A DNA stretch of 64,000 bases from Chiloscyllium plagiosum (GCF_004010195.1 NC_057728.1:41374179-41438178), one strand, 5' to 3'. Counted from the first letter of the stretch, positions 12,474-25,142 are shown. Notes: generated by a model not told the origin, from the sequence alone. Numbers and translations: made by a program.

Positions 12474-13770
12474 GTCTGCAGATGCTGGAGATCAGAGTTG
12501 AGTGCTGCTGGAAAAGCACAGCAGGTCAGGCAGTATCCGAGGAGTAGGAAAATCGATGTTTTGGGCTGGAACTCCTCTTCAGGAATGAGACTGGGAGCCT
12601 CGAGGGTGGCGAGGGAGAAGGTAGCAATGGACACAATAAATGACGTGTGGAAGTGCAGGTGAAACTTTGAACAATGTGGAAGGCTCCTCTGGGGCCTTGG
12701 ACGGAGGTGTGGTCGCTGGTTTGCAATTCCTGCGGTGGCAGGGGAGGTGCCAGGAGGGGAGGTTGAGTTGTTGGGAGGGTGTGGACCTGACCAGGTGGTT
12801 GCAGAGGGAATGGTCTTTGCAGAAAGTGGGTAGGGATGAGGGAAATATATCCCTGGTGATGGGGTCCATTTGTAGGTGGTTGAAATGTTGGTGAATGATG
12901 CAATTTATGTGGAGGTTGGTGGAGTGGAAGGTGAGGACCAGGGGGGTTCTGTCCTTGTTGCGGTTGGAGGGGTGGTGTTCAAGGGTGGAGATGCGGGACG
13001 TGGATGAGATGCATTGGAGAGTATCTTCAACCAAGTGGGAGCGGAAACTTTGGTCTTTAAAGAAGGAGGTCATCTGGTATCTTCTGTGGTGGAACTAGTC
13101 CTCCTGGGAGAATTTGCGGTGTAGGTGGAGGAAATGGGAATGCAGGATAGCATTTTTGGAGGAGGTAGCATGGGAGGAGGTGTAATATAGGTAGCTGTGG
13201 GAGTTGGTGGGTTAATTGTATCCATTGCTCCCGATGCAGTCTCCTCTACATTGGGGAGACTGGACGCCTTCTCGCAGAGTGCTTTAGAGAACATCTCCAG
13301 GACGCCACCGCCCGTGTCTGAACATTTTAACTCTGCCGAGGACATGCAAGTCCTGGGCATCCTCCACTGCCACTCCCTCACCACCTGACGCCTGGAGGAA
13401 GAACGTCTTATCTTTCACCTTGAAACTCTTCAACTGCAGGGCATCAATGTGGACTTCACCAGTTTCCTCATTTCCCCTCCCCCTACTTTACCCCAGTTCC
13501 AACCTTCCAGCCCAGCATGGCTCTCATGACCTGTCAATCTTCCTTCCCACCTATCTGCTCCACCCTCCTCTCCGACCTATCACCTTTACCCCTACCTCCA
13601 TCCACCTATTGCACTCTTAGCTACCTTTTCCCCAGCCCCACACATCTTTCAACCCCCGAGGCTCCCAGCCGCATTCCTGATGAAAGGCTCCGGCCTGAAA
13701 TATTGATTTTCCTGCTCCTCTGATGCTGCCTGACCTACTGTGCTTTTCCAGCATCACACACTCAACCCTG
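12474..13770. mobile_element. Penelope-like retroelement remnant with inverted arrangement
   Basis: + strand GIY-YIG motif CIHCSRCSLLYIGETGRLLAECFREH (~13218-13295); - strand RT-EN linker ORF 12579-13073; inverted termini; hammerhead-like core at 13677. Confidence 0.85.
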
Positions 13771-13899
13771 AGTGGTATGTCAGGAGCTGCCTCAATAAAC
13801 GTACATCAGCACTTCATTATACTGGAAGAAAAGCAGAAAATTATCAAGGAGTATGTTATAGTGAGAAGCAATTTTCATTTTTGCCCCGCAAGGCTGCAT

Positions 13900-14240
13900 A
13901 TTCAGCCCCTTACTTTACACTCATGACTATGTGGCCAAATTCAACTAATTCCATTCACAAATTTGCTGATGACACCACTGTAATTGGTCAGATTTCAAAC
14001 AATGAGACAAAGTATAGGAAAGAGACTTTATTAGCATGGTATAAAGACAACAATCTCTCAATGCCAGCAAAATGAAAGAGCTGGCATCAGGATGTGGAGT
14101 AGAGGACACGCCTCTGTCTGTCAGTGGTGTTGAGGCAGAGGTGTAAATATCACAAATGATGTATCTCAGCTCATTCATGTTGACACTCCAGCCAAGAGAG
14201 CATACCAATGCCTCTATTCCCCCAGAAGCCTAAGGAAATT
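13900..14240 (+). mobile_element. Rex1/Babar-like LINE RT fragment
   Basis: NSIHKFADDTTVIGQISNNETKYR. Confidence 0.65.
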
Positions 14241-14249
14241 CAGAAAATT

Positions 14250-14565
14250 CACAATTGGGGAGTTTGCTGAGCAAAGAGACCTTGGAGTGCAGATTCATTG
14301 TTCCTTGAAAGTGGAGTCACAGGTAGACAGGCTACTGAAGAAGGCATTTGGTATGTTTACCCCCAAGTCCTTCCACCTATTGCACGTTTAGTTACCTTCT
14401 CCACAGCCCCACCATCTCACATTGATCTCTCCACCCCCGACGCTCCCGGCCTCATTCCTGATGAAGGGTTCCGACCGAAACGTCGATTTTCTTGCTCTTC
14501 GGATGTTGCCTGACCTGCTGTGCTTTTCCAGCAACACACTCTCGATCTGATCTGCAGCACCACTC
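14250..14565 (+). mobile_element. CR1 fragment followed by a Penelope-like terminus (hammerhead core 14458-14484)
   Basis: CTGATGA-AG-GGT-TCCG-ACC-GAAA-C-GTC followed by the family 3' sequence. Confidence 0.75.
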
Positions 14566-15265
14566 AGACGACCCACATCGCCCCCGTGTGTTTTAAAGGA
14601 TCACAATGGGAAGTGATCTGCTGAGACAGTCTTCCAGTATCCCACAATCCTCTATCTATGAGATGCTCGGAGGAAGGTCTGCCGGAGTCCTCCAGTATCC
14701 CAGAATGCTCTAACGTTTTCATGTTGGACGCGGAGCTGGTGAACGTGGTGGTCGGCGTGACTGATGTAAGTGATTGCTTTTCTCTTTTTTTCATCTTTAT
14801 TAGGGAAACCAACAACTGTGGAATCGCAGCGAGTTGTGAATGCGATCAGTCCGGTTTGCTGAATTTCTGCCACTGCATACAGGAGCTGGTTTCAGAGGTC
14901 GGCCCGACGCCAGAAGCCCCCACCCTGTGCGCCTTACCTGCGGAGCAGACAAGGGAGTACCACTCTGCCCAGACCCAGCCATTATTGTGGCTTCAAACAC
15001 ATTATATTTTAATTGTTATTCTGGCAGAGTGTTTACGTTGATTTTAAAACTTTCTCCGCCTCTCTCCACCTTCCTACCTAGCTCCTCGGGATCGAGGATG
15101 ACATTATTTCTATTCTGGGCTGATGGGTTTTCAAATAGCTAGCAAATTCAATCACATCTGCATGTTTTGCCACGCATGTATTTCTAAAGACTACCCTACA
15201 CGGGGCCAGAGTGTACCCTCAAATCCTATCCCACTCGGCTGATCCTCGGCCCGCCGCCCGATCTA
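14566..15265 (+). promoter_or_regulatory. LLPH: CpG-enriched LLPH promoter with probable non-coding exon 1 ending at 14765
   Basis: Local CpG enrichment; two ZNF143/SBS-like motifs (TATCCCACAATCC ~14638, TATCCCAGAATGC ~14696); donor GAT|GTAAGT at 14766. Confidence 0.65.
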
Positions 15266-15769
15266 TATTCCAGATTCTGCCTCTCAGAGGAAGGCTGGTA
15301 GATTAGGATCTTTCAGAGAATGATTTTGCTGTTGCAGTTGTTGTTAAATACCTTGGGTGTAAATAAATGTAACTTTTTAATGTTATCTTTATAATTACAC
15401 CACTTACGTTAGCTGGAATATTCTTTTCAACTTAGCAACAGCATTGCAATGTCCTACTGTTACTGAAGTAGTGAACAAAGTCTGGGCTCATCATGTTCTG
15501 AATTGATCAGTTGTTTATTGGACCACTTTGATAACCTTTTGACAAAGGAAATAGAGATTTAAGTGTAACAAACATTACCAACAAAGAAGTTGAGTAGAAA
15601 AACTCAAAACTGAGGTAACAAAACAATCAATGTAAACTAAGCTGTCCAATGAAAGGAAGACATTCAGGAAAGAAGATTCTAAATGGAAATCATTTTCATT
15701 TGTGTGCAGGATATGTTTTGTTTTGCGTTGTAAAATACTAAGCAAATATTGCAGTTGTTCCTTCCAAAA

Positions 15770-16335
15770 AAAAAATTAATTCCCCAGAAGCATCTAATGT
15801 CAAAGACACTTGTGCCATACATTGCAAGGTATTGAGCATCCCCTCATACCATTAAGTTACCATCATGAAATCCTGTCAACAACACTGGGACTGCTACTGA
15901 CCAAGAGTGTGATTTGAACACTCTCCGCTTGCCTGCATAGGTGCAGTTGCAACAACACTCTGAAAGCTGAATGCCATCCAGGACAATCCTGCTTGATTGA
16001 CGCCCCATCTATGACATTCAAAATTCACTATTATATTCATTGCAGTGTATATCATTATGAGAGGCACTGTGGTAACTCACCAAGGCTTCATTGCTAACAC
16101 TTACATTACATAACCTTTACCACCCAGAGGTAAGACAACCATATGTATGTGAACACCATCGCCTGTGTGTTGTTCCTTCTCTATCATTAGGTCAACTTGC
16201 TGAAATCGCTTTCCTAAAAATGCTGAATATATCACATGGACTATGATGGTTCAAGATTCACCACCACTACCACATCAAGAGCAATTAGAGATGTGCAGGA
16301 AATGCTGGCCCACCCACATTTAGCATCTCCCACAT
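15770..16335 (+). mobile_element. Old L2/CR1-like LINE 3' remnant
   Basis: Similar to the 25.6-26.75 kb and 31.05-31.63 kb copies; GCAATTAGAGATG...CACATCC tail. Confidence 0.55.
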
Positions 16336-16737
16336 CCTCTGAGCAAATATAGTTTTGAAAGTCTGGTACAGCAACAGTACAATATTGAGTGTAGGCCCTT
16401 GAAATGTATTCAAGCAACTATGGCTTGTTGAGTTTAGTTCATGAACTAATAAAACTGTAGTAAAGCCTTTTGAAAATACCATTTAAAGTGAAACAAATAA
16501 AAATAATGTGTAAATCTAAGAAGGTTTGATATTGTGTTGGTGCATATGTTTGGCTATCTTTTTAACGTGAAAGTTGATTTCTGCTGTCTTGTCTAGTTTG
16601 TGCCTATCCAATATTAGAAATTAAAATTAATAGATAAGATGTTTCAAACATGGGGGAGAGAAAATTGAGAATTAAGTTTATTACTCAGTTCTATTTTGTT
16701 CAGTTGTACTAATTCACTAACAGTGTTTTCAATCAAT

Positions 16738-17006
16738 GTTGAGGGGAAAGATATAAAAGAGACCCCCGGGGCAGCTTTTTCACGCAGAGGATGGTGCGTG
16801 TGGAATGGGCTGCCAGAGGAAGTGGTGGAGGATAGTACAATTGCAACATTTAAAAGGCATCTGGGTGTGTATATGAATAGGAAGGGTTTGGACTAATATG
16901 GACTGGGTGCTGGCAGTGGGACTAGATTGGGTTGGGATACCTGGTCGGCATGGACGAGTTGGACCAAAGGGTCTGTTTCCATGCTGTACTTCTCTATGAC
17001 TCTATA
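16738..17006 (+). mobile_element. CR1 3' end fragment
   Basis: WNGLPEEVVE motif and CTCTATGACTCTA tail. Confidence 0.85.
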
Positions 17007-17074
17007 GATCAATACTAGATAATACATTTACTCAGTTTGCCAGTTAGAGAATAAAACCTTTATCTTATTTTACT

Positions 17075-18722
17075 CATATGTGAGGAATCAAAGAATAACT
17101 AGGGAGAAGGTAGAGCCAAACAGGGATAGCAGAGGGAACTTGTGCGTGGAGTCTGAGCAGATAGGGGAAGCCCGAAATGAATTTTTTGCTTCGGTTTTCA
17201 GCAAGGGATTTTGTTGTGAATGGAAACTTTGAGGAACTGGGATATAGTCTTGACCAGATCAAGATTGATGAAGTTGATGTGCTGGAAATTTTGGAAAACA
17301 TTGATTGATAAGTCCCCAGGGCAGACCAGATTTATCCTAGGCTGCTCTGGGAAGTGAAAAAGGAGGTTGCTAATCCGCTGGCGAGGATATGTGCCTCCTC
17401 ACTCTCCACGGGAGTTGTACCAGAGGATTGGAAGGAGGTGAATGTTGTTCCCCTTTTCAAGAAGGGTAATAGGAAATCCCTGTCACTTACAGACCAGTCA
17501 GTCTTACGTCTGTGGTCAGTGTCATTAAAGGCAGTCAGCATGCCTTTGTGAGGGGCATGTCATGTCTCAAATCTTATTGAGTTGTTTGAGGGGGTGACAA
17601 GACAGGTCAGCGAAGGTGGAGCAGTGGATGTGGTATGTATGGACTTCAGCAAGATAATTGATAAGGTTCCCCATGGTAGGCTCATTCATAAAGTCAGGAA
17701 GTATAGGATACAGGGAGATTTGGCTATCTGGATTCAGAATTGGCTGGCTGACAGAAGGTAGAGAGTGGTTGTAGATGGAAAATATTCTGCCTGGAGGTCA
17801 CTGTTGAATGGGGTCCCGCAAAGCTCAGTTCTTGGGGCTCTACTCTTGTAATTTTTATAAATGAGTTGGATGAGGAGGTTATGGGATGGGTTAGTAAATT
17901 TGCAGATGACACAAAGGTTGGAGGTGTCATCGATAGTATAGAGGGCTACTGCAGGCTACAGTGCGACATAGACAGGAGGCAGAGCTGGGCTGAAAAATGG
18001 CAGATGGAGTTCAACCTGGATAAATGCGAAGTGATGCATTTTAGAAAGTCGAAAGACAGGACTCTTGGCAGTGTGGAGGAACAGAGGGATGCAAGTACAT
18101 AGGATAGGGTTGTTAAGAAAGCATATGGTGTTTTGGCTTTCATTAACAGGGGGATTGAGTTTAAGAGCCGCAAGGTTTTGCTGCAGCTCTCCAAGTCCCT
18201 GGTGGGACCACACTTGGAATATTGTGTCCAGTTCTGGTTGCCCTACTATAGGAAAGATAGAGGCTTTGGAGAGGGTGCAACGAAGGTTTACCAGGATGCT
18301 GCCTGGACTGGAGAGCTTGCCTTATGAAGAAAGGTTGAATAAGCTCAGGCTTTTCTCTCTGGAGAGAAGGAGGAAGAGAGGAGACCTGATCGAAGTATAC
18401 AAGATAATGAGTGGAATAGATGGTCAATGGCCAGAGATTTTTCCCCAGGCCAGGATTGACTGGTACGAGGAGTCGTAGTTTGAAGATATTAGGAGGAAGG
18501 TATAAAGGAGACGTCAGAGAGTTGTAAATGCATGGAATGCGTTGCCAGCTGTGATGGTGGAAGCAGAGTCATTAGGGACATTTAAGCGACTGCTGGACAT
18601 GCACATGGATAGCAGTGAGTTGGGGGGTGCATGGGTTAAGTTATTATATTTAACATTAGGATTAAACCTCGGCACAACATCGTGGGCCAAAGGGCCAGTT
18701 CTGTGCTGTACTTTTCTACGTC
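17075..18722 (+). mobile_element. CR1 LINE ORF2 (RT) remnant
   Basis: [39 protein letters not shown]; frameshifted. Confidence 0.92.
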
Positions 18723-18773
18723 AATCTAAGATTAGACTTTGTGTAATTTCTTTTCTAAAATGCAGAAGGAAAA

Positions 18774-18975
18774 ATGGCAAAAAGCCTAAGAAGTAAGTGG
18801 AAGCGGAAGATGCGGGCAGAAAAGAGGAAAAAAAATGCACCAAAGGAGCTTACTCGACTGAAACGTATACTAGCAGTGGATGGCACTGGTGACATCACTA
18901 TGAATGATGTTAAAGAAATTGCAACTGTGGTACCATGTGAGAAACTGAAACAGAACCCAGCTGCAAATGAGGATG
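18774..18975 (+). CDS. LLPH: LLPH (LLP homolog, LAPS18-like) first coding exon
   Basis: [25 protein letters not shown] is the LLPH N-terminus; acceptor CAG at 18763-18765; donor G|GTAAT at 18976. Confidence 0.97.
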
Positions 18976-19572
18976 GTAATTTATTTTCTAAATTTTGGGA
19001 AACTATTGAGCAATGTTCCATATAAAGTGCACCCAAGCTTAAAGAAAAGGTACATCAAGAAAGGCTTATTATCAGTACCCACACTTCTTTAAAGGCCAGC
19101 AAATTCTAAAAGGCAAGAAAATCTGAAGCAGAAGTTTGAGACTAAATAAGATAATGACTTAGAATAAGAGAATGTAATGTCCCTTAACTTTGTCTGGAGG
19201 AATATGAGGAAGAAATTATATTATAAATTTAGAAGTGAGAATTGTGATGTAACTTTGTTTCCTTCTATAAATTTGTCAGAAGCCATGTTTAATCTTTTAT
19301 ATAGAACTCAAGTAGCTATTATTGACTGTCAGTGTCATGGTGACATTGCAACCAAATTTAGAGCTGCTTCTGTCCATGGCCACAGACTGCTTAAAGGGTT
19401 CAATCCCATCCTACCTAAGGATCCTAAATTATAATGTTCACAACATTGTCCTGCCTGACTTGAGGTAACGGTACATAATATGGATTAATTCTGGATCCTA
19501 TCTAATTTGTCTACAGCAGATAATTGTTTATTCCATAAGCACTTAATTAATTGGCAGAGGTGCATTAATTAT

Positions 19573-21284
19573 AGTCATAGATTTATATAGCAGACCCTTC
19601 AGTCCAACTCATTTGTGCAAACCAGACATCCCAATCTGACCTAGTCACATTTGTCAGCATTTGGTCCCTATCTCTCTAAACCCTTCCTATTTGATAATCC
19701 ATTCAGATGCCTTTAAAATGTTGTAATTGTACCTGCCTCCACCACTTCCTCCAGCAGCTCATTCCATACACACGTCACCCTCTGTGTGAAAGTTACCCCT
19801 CCGGTCGTTTTTATGTTCCCTTTCTCACCTTAAACCTGTGCCCTCTAGTTTTGATTCCCACAGTAGGAAAAAGACATGGCTATTCACCCTATCTTAAGTC
19901 CCTCATGATTTTATAAACCTCTATAAGGTCATCCCTCCACCTCCGATGCTCCTTGGGGGATAAAACCCCCCAGCCTATTCAGCCTTTCTCTTGAACTCAA
20001 AACCTCCAGTCCCAGCAACATTCTTGTAAATCTTTTCTGCACCATCTCAAGTTTAACAACATCCTTCCTGTAGAAGGGTGATCAGAATTGTACTCAGAAT
20101 TCCAAAAATGGCCTCACCAATGTCCTGTGCAGCTGCAGTATGACATCCCAACTCCTATTCTCAAATGTTCTGGCCAATAAAAGCATGCGTGCCAAACACC
20201 GCCTTCACCATCCTGTCTGCCTGCAACTCCACTTTTAAGGAGCTGTGCACATCACCCCAGGTCTCTTTGTTCAGCAACACACCCCAGGGTTCCACCATTA
20301 ACTGTATAAGTTCTGGTCTGGTTTGCCTTGGAATTTAATTTGGAAAGATGTGAGGTATTTTCTGCCAGTTATTGGTCCATCTGATCAAGGTCCTGTTTAA
20401 CTCTGAGATAATAGTCTTCACTACCCACTACGTCACATGTTTTGGGATCATCTGCAAACTTAACTAACTATGCTTCCCATATTCCAACTCATTTATATAA
20501 ATGATGAAAAGCAGTGGACCCAGCATCGATCCTTTGGGCACACCCCTGGTCACAGCCTCCAGTCTGAAAAGCAACATGTTATTACCGCCCTCTGTCTCAT
20601 ACTTCCAAACTAATTCTATATCAAATTGGCGAGGTCCCCCTGGATACCCTAGGTCAAAAAGTGTGGGGTTGGAAAAGCACAGCAGGTCAGGTGGCATCCG
20701 AGAAGCAGGAGAATCGATGATCGGGCTTAAGCCCTTCATCAGGAATGTGGTTGGGGGCTGAGAGAGAAATGTGGGGGTGGAGGGAAAGTAGCTGGGAAGG
20801 TGATCAGTAGATCCCATGTCATCTAACCTTACTAACTAGTTTACAATGTAGAACCTGATGGGGGGCATGGTGGCACAGTGGTTAGCTCTGCTGCCTCACA
20901 GCGCTAGAGACCCGGGTTCAATTCCCGCCTCTGGCGACTCTCTGTGTGGAGTTTGCACATTCTCCCCGTGTCTGCGTGGGTTTCCTCCGGGTGCTCCGGT
21001 TTCCTCCACAATCCAAAAATGTGCAGGTTAGGTGAATTGGCCATGCTAAATTGCCCGTAGTGTTAGTTGAAGAGGTTAATGTAGGGGAATGGGTCTGGAT
21101 GGGTTGCGCTTCAGCGGGTCGAAGGGCCTGTTTCCACACTAAGTGATCTAATCTAATCTAAACCTTAGCAAGCACTTTGGTGAATTCAATACAGGCAACA
21201 TCTACCATTCTGCCTTCATCAATCTTCTTTGTCACCTTTTCAAAAAACTCAAATCGAGTTAGTGAGATACGGTTTCCATGCATA
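19573..21284 (-). mobile_element. CR1 LINE remnant interrupted by a Penelope-like terminus (~20652-20812) and a SINE
   Basis: VTRGVPKGSMLGPLLFIIYINEL; CR1 tail at the left end. Confidence 0.85.
20860..21160 (+). mobile_element. HE1-like tRNA-derived SINE
   Basis: TGGCACAGTGG box A, GGGTTCAATTCCC box B, (AATCT)n tail. Confidence 0.88.
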
Positions 21285-21358
21285 CATTCAAGATGAATAA
21301 ATATTGCCTTATTAAAATAGCTTTATGCATGGAAACCGTATCTCACTAACTCGATTTG
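21250..21358. repeat. Perfect 35-bp inverted repeat with 39-nt spacer
   Basis: 21250-21284 is the exact reverse complement of 21324-21358. Confidence 0.92.
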
Positions 21359-21506
21359 TTTGTAGGTGAAGGTGTGATGCTGGAAAAGCACAGCTGGTCA
21401 GGCAGCATCCAAGGAGCAGGAGAATCAATGTTTCGGGCAAAACCCTTCAATTTGGGAAGTAATTTAAATGTTTTCTAACACTCTAAATACAACTTATCCT
21501 TCACAG

Positions 21507-21670
21507 GCGATGCATTTCCAATGGATACAGATAATAAAAGGAGCAAAAAGACTCTTTTAAATGAACATGGACAGTATCCAGTATGGATGCACCCTAGACA
21601 AAGAAAAAAGATCAAAAGCCAACTGAAAAAGAAGCGAAAATCAAAACATCCAAAGGGACTGGTTTGCTAG
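21507..21670 (+). CDS. LLPH: LLPH last coding exon
   Basis: CAG|GC; DAFPMDTDNKRSKKTLLNEHGQYPVWMHPRQRKKIKSQLKKKRKSKHPKGLVC*; spliced CDS is 366 nt (121 aa). Confidence 0.95.
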
Positions 21671-21681
21671 ACTTGTAAGAA

Positions 21682-21735
21682 AATAAAGCATACAAGAACT
21701 TAATTAGTTAAGATTATGATAAGACTGGAAATAAA
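21682..21735 (+). terminator. Candidate LLPH poly(A) signals
   Basis: AATAAA at 21682-21687 and 21730-21735. Confidence 0.55.
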
Positions 21736-22349
21736 CATCAGTTTTGGAAAGCAGGTACTTCAAATGTTTTAATGTGTTGCCAGTGAAAGTGTTGTCATCT
21801 ATGTTTTTGGAAATGTACCATAACAATTCTAGTATGATGTTCTGTACCTTTGAAGATTCTTGACTTGGAACATATTTTAGATTAAAAGGTTACCACAACA
21901 ACAACAAAATGGCACTGATGTGAAAATCTGGTGTTTAGTGTTCTAAGGTTCACTTACACAGCAAGTTTAGCATTTCCCCATTAACCAAGAGTTCTTAGCT
22001 TACAGAACACAAAAGGGATTGATAGATCTGCTTATGTAGGTGGAGAAAATATCCTGAGAAGAACAATTAAATATATAAATTTCATCTAAAGAGATCTAGT
22101 CTTGGTAAAACTTCTACATTTGTTATCAATTCGTCTTTACTCGTGTCAAACATAATGTGCAGTTTGGCTGTCAGAAATCTTTTTAATAAATATACAATAT
22201 TTTGTAATGTACCTAAATAATAACTTGCCAAGAGCATTTGTCTAAATTCCATTGAAATATTTTCCAAGTTATTGTTTGCTCATTGCAATGTTACAGATTG
22301 TAGTCATCTAACTTGTACCATCTGAAACACATGACAGTGAGTGATATTA

Positions 22350-22755
22350 GGTGAAAATAATGACTGCAGATGCTGGAAACTAGATTCTAGATTAGTGGTG
22401 CTGGAAAAGCACAGCAGTTCAGGCAGCATCTGAGGAGCAGGAAAATCGACATTTCAGGCAAAAGCCCTTCATCAGGAATAGAGGCAGAGTGCCTGCAGAG
22501 TGAAGAGATAAATGAGAGGAGGGTGGGGGTAGGTAGCAAAGAGTACAGTGGGTGAATGGGGCTGGGGATGAAGGTGATAGGTCAGAGAGGAGGGTGGAGT
22601 GGATAGGTGGAAGGAAGATAGGCAGGTCGGACAAGTCATGGGGACAGTGCTGAGCTGGAAGTTTGGAGCTGGGGTGAGGTGGGGGAAGAGGAAATGAGGA
22701 AACTGGTGACGTCCACATTGATGCCGTGGGGTTGAAGTGTTCCAAGGCAGAAATG
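22350..22755 (-). mobile_element. Penelope-like element 3' portion
   Basis: Same terminus family; flanked by repeated AGTGATATTA. Confidence 0.8.
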
Positions 22756-23424
22756 AGTGATATTAACCAAGATAATTGGAATGTTCTGATGATGACTTTG
22801 GAGACTCAAGATGATGTCACCAATTTTCTTCGAACTCTAAAGCATATGGGTGGTAGTTGAATATAAAGCATACAAAATTGGGGTTACGTCGTCCTGACAA
22901 AAGTATTATTTATATCTAAAATATCATTTTTTGAATTTTAATTTCAGACCTATATATTGGTTACTTCTGTGAAGGTTTTTTTTAAAATGTCAGAGACTTC
23001 TAGAATGGTGATTTAAATCCAGCATTTGTGATGAAGCAGGTGATTGCAAACCCCTGTGGAATCGATGGGAAGGTTATATAATTGAGCTTTCAGTGGTTGG
23101 GTAAACATTAAAGATTATTAACTTTGTTTTCAGTGCAAAGACAGAAGGGAGTTTAGAAATTAGTTTCTCTCCTAGGAGTTATGGGAACGTTACCCCCCAG
23201 CAAAAGGGTTTAGTTCATGAAACTTCCAAACCAGGAAGGATTAGCTAGAAATATGAAGGTTATTACAACTGAGAAAGTTTAGGCTCTCAAATTTGTGAAA
23301 AGTTAATGTTAGCAGATTTGAAAGGACTCCTCAAATTGTCACCATAGCCATCAGCAAAGAAACATTAAGTAGGCACTCTAATGAGTTTAAATAAAGTGTT
23401 AATTTAGCGAGTTTTGAGAATATT

Positions 23425-23690
23425 TGTGGCTTAGGTTGAGGTTCTGGATGTAGGTTTGCTCACTGAGCTGGAAGGTTTGTTTTCAGATGTTTCGTCACTA
23501 TACTAGGTAACATCATCAGTGAGCCTCCAGATGAAGCACTGATGGTTTACGTAGGAAATCTAAACACACAAATGTAAAGCGTGCCATACCAGCAGTGCTT
23601 TAACCGGAGGCTCACTGATGATGTTACCTAGTATGGTGACAAAACATCTGAAAACAAACCTTCCAGCTCAGCGAGCAAACCTACATCTCG
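23425..23690. mobile_element. Second Penelope-like family: ~100-bp inverted-repeat element with hammerhead-like cores
   Basis: Arms ~23448-23548 and ~23585-23687 are reverse complements; CTGATGA-T-GTTAC...GTGAC-GAAA-C-ATC. Confidence 0.8.
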
Positions 23691-24774
23691 GTGGTAATTT
23701 CTCTGAATGTGGGTCTATAGGATAGTGTTGGAAAACCAGTTTGAACTTTGGATGTTTAAGATCTTTCTAACTTTACCATCTCTAGCTTGCTTTGTCTTTT
23801 GTGTTAATATACCTCATTTAAATATATTTCAGCCTTGTGAATATGTCTGTGACTACCAGCCATGGAACTAACTAAACAAAATAAACATACAGTATATCAA
23901 GCCAGCTTTCATTCTGAGATCTGACTTGTTCAGTATTGCCATAAGTCAGAATCTAAAAAATGATATTTACCATACATTGCAGATAAGTAAAGTTGAAAGA
24001 AAGCTTTGCCTCACTAGTGATTCAGTCTGACAATTGAGTTTCTAACTCATTATTGACTTCTGGTTTTTGACTCAATCAGGTTTGGTCTTTGCAACTGTAA
24101 TAACTCTTGTAGCCATTCCTGGTGCTTGTTGAATTCCTTACCCTAACACTTGTCATTTCATATTCCTTACCACTACACCTTGGGTTATCTTCTGTCTATT
24201 TTACTATCTGATTTCCCCATGATTGATCTGAATGATGGGAATTAGGGTCATTCATTAGTACAGGTTTGGGGATTTGAAGGAGGGGATGAGGCAAAATTGT
24301 TTGGATTATAAAGTAGTGGATTGTAAGTTCTTATTGAAACAGCTGCTTTTGATAGTTTGGTTGAAATCTCATTTATTACTGTTTAAGCTATTGTTTTTAA
24401 ATTCAAACTTTGTGCTTTAAAATTTTTTACTTCTCCATAATATTCTATTATCAATCCCAGTTTAGTTTTATTGCTTGTAATTGCACTTTTGGACTGTCTC
24501 TGGTATTTTTATTTCTTTCTTGGCTCCTTGTGCATCTATTTCTTTTAGTTGTACTTTAAATTTTAACCTCATTTGTGCATTTTTAAAATCCAAATTGCAG
24601 AGTTTTTTTTAAGAAACGCTGTCTTTGTTATGTCCCTATTACTGGTCATTCAGTTTTTTTTTTATTCTGACTTCTGGTCTGGTTTTCTCCCATATTTGTT
24701 TATCTTCAATTTACTCATACATGGTGCTTTTCTTTGAACTTGCCTCTCCCAACTGTATGCTTTTTTTTTGTATG

Positions 24775-25142
24775 AGTCATAGAGATGTACAGCATGGAAA
24801 CAGACCCTTCGGCCTAACTCGTCCATGCCGACCAGATATCCCAACATAATCTAGTCTCACCTGCCAGCACCCAACCCATATCCCTCCAAACCCTTCCTAT
24901 TCATATACCCATCCAAATGCCTTTTAAATGTTGCAATGTTGCAATTGTACCAGCCTCCACCACTTCCTCTGGCATCTCATTCCATACACGTACCATTATC
25001 TATGTGAAAATGTTGCCCCTTAGATGTCTTTTATATTTTTCCCCTCTCACCCTAAACCTATGCCCTCTAGTTCTGGACTCCCCGACCCGAGGGAAAAAGA
25101 CTTTGTCTATTTATCCTATCCATGCTCTGCATAATTTTGTAA
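24775..25142 (-). mobile_element. CR1 3' fragment
   Basis: Near-identical to the 457-830 and 35.2-35.6 kb tails. Confidence 0.88.

Noticed and set aside
14658..15142. ORFs over the LLPH promoter
   Set aside because: No recognisable homology; GC-rich promoter and intron sequence
18976..19025. C-terminal part of the 83-aa LLPH ORF
   Set aside because: Intron read-through; the true C-terminus is in exon 21507-21670
20860..20945. tRNA gene
   Set aside because: The tRNA-like head continues into a SINE body and tail; multiple copies in the window
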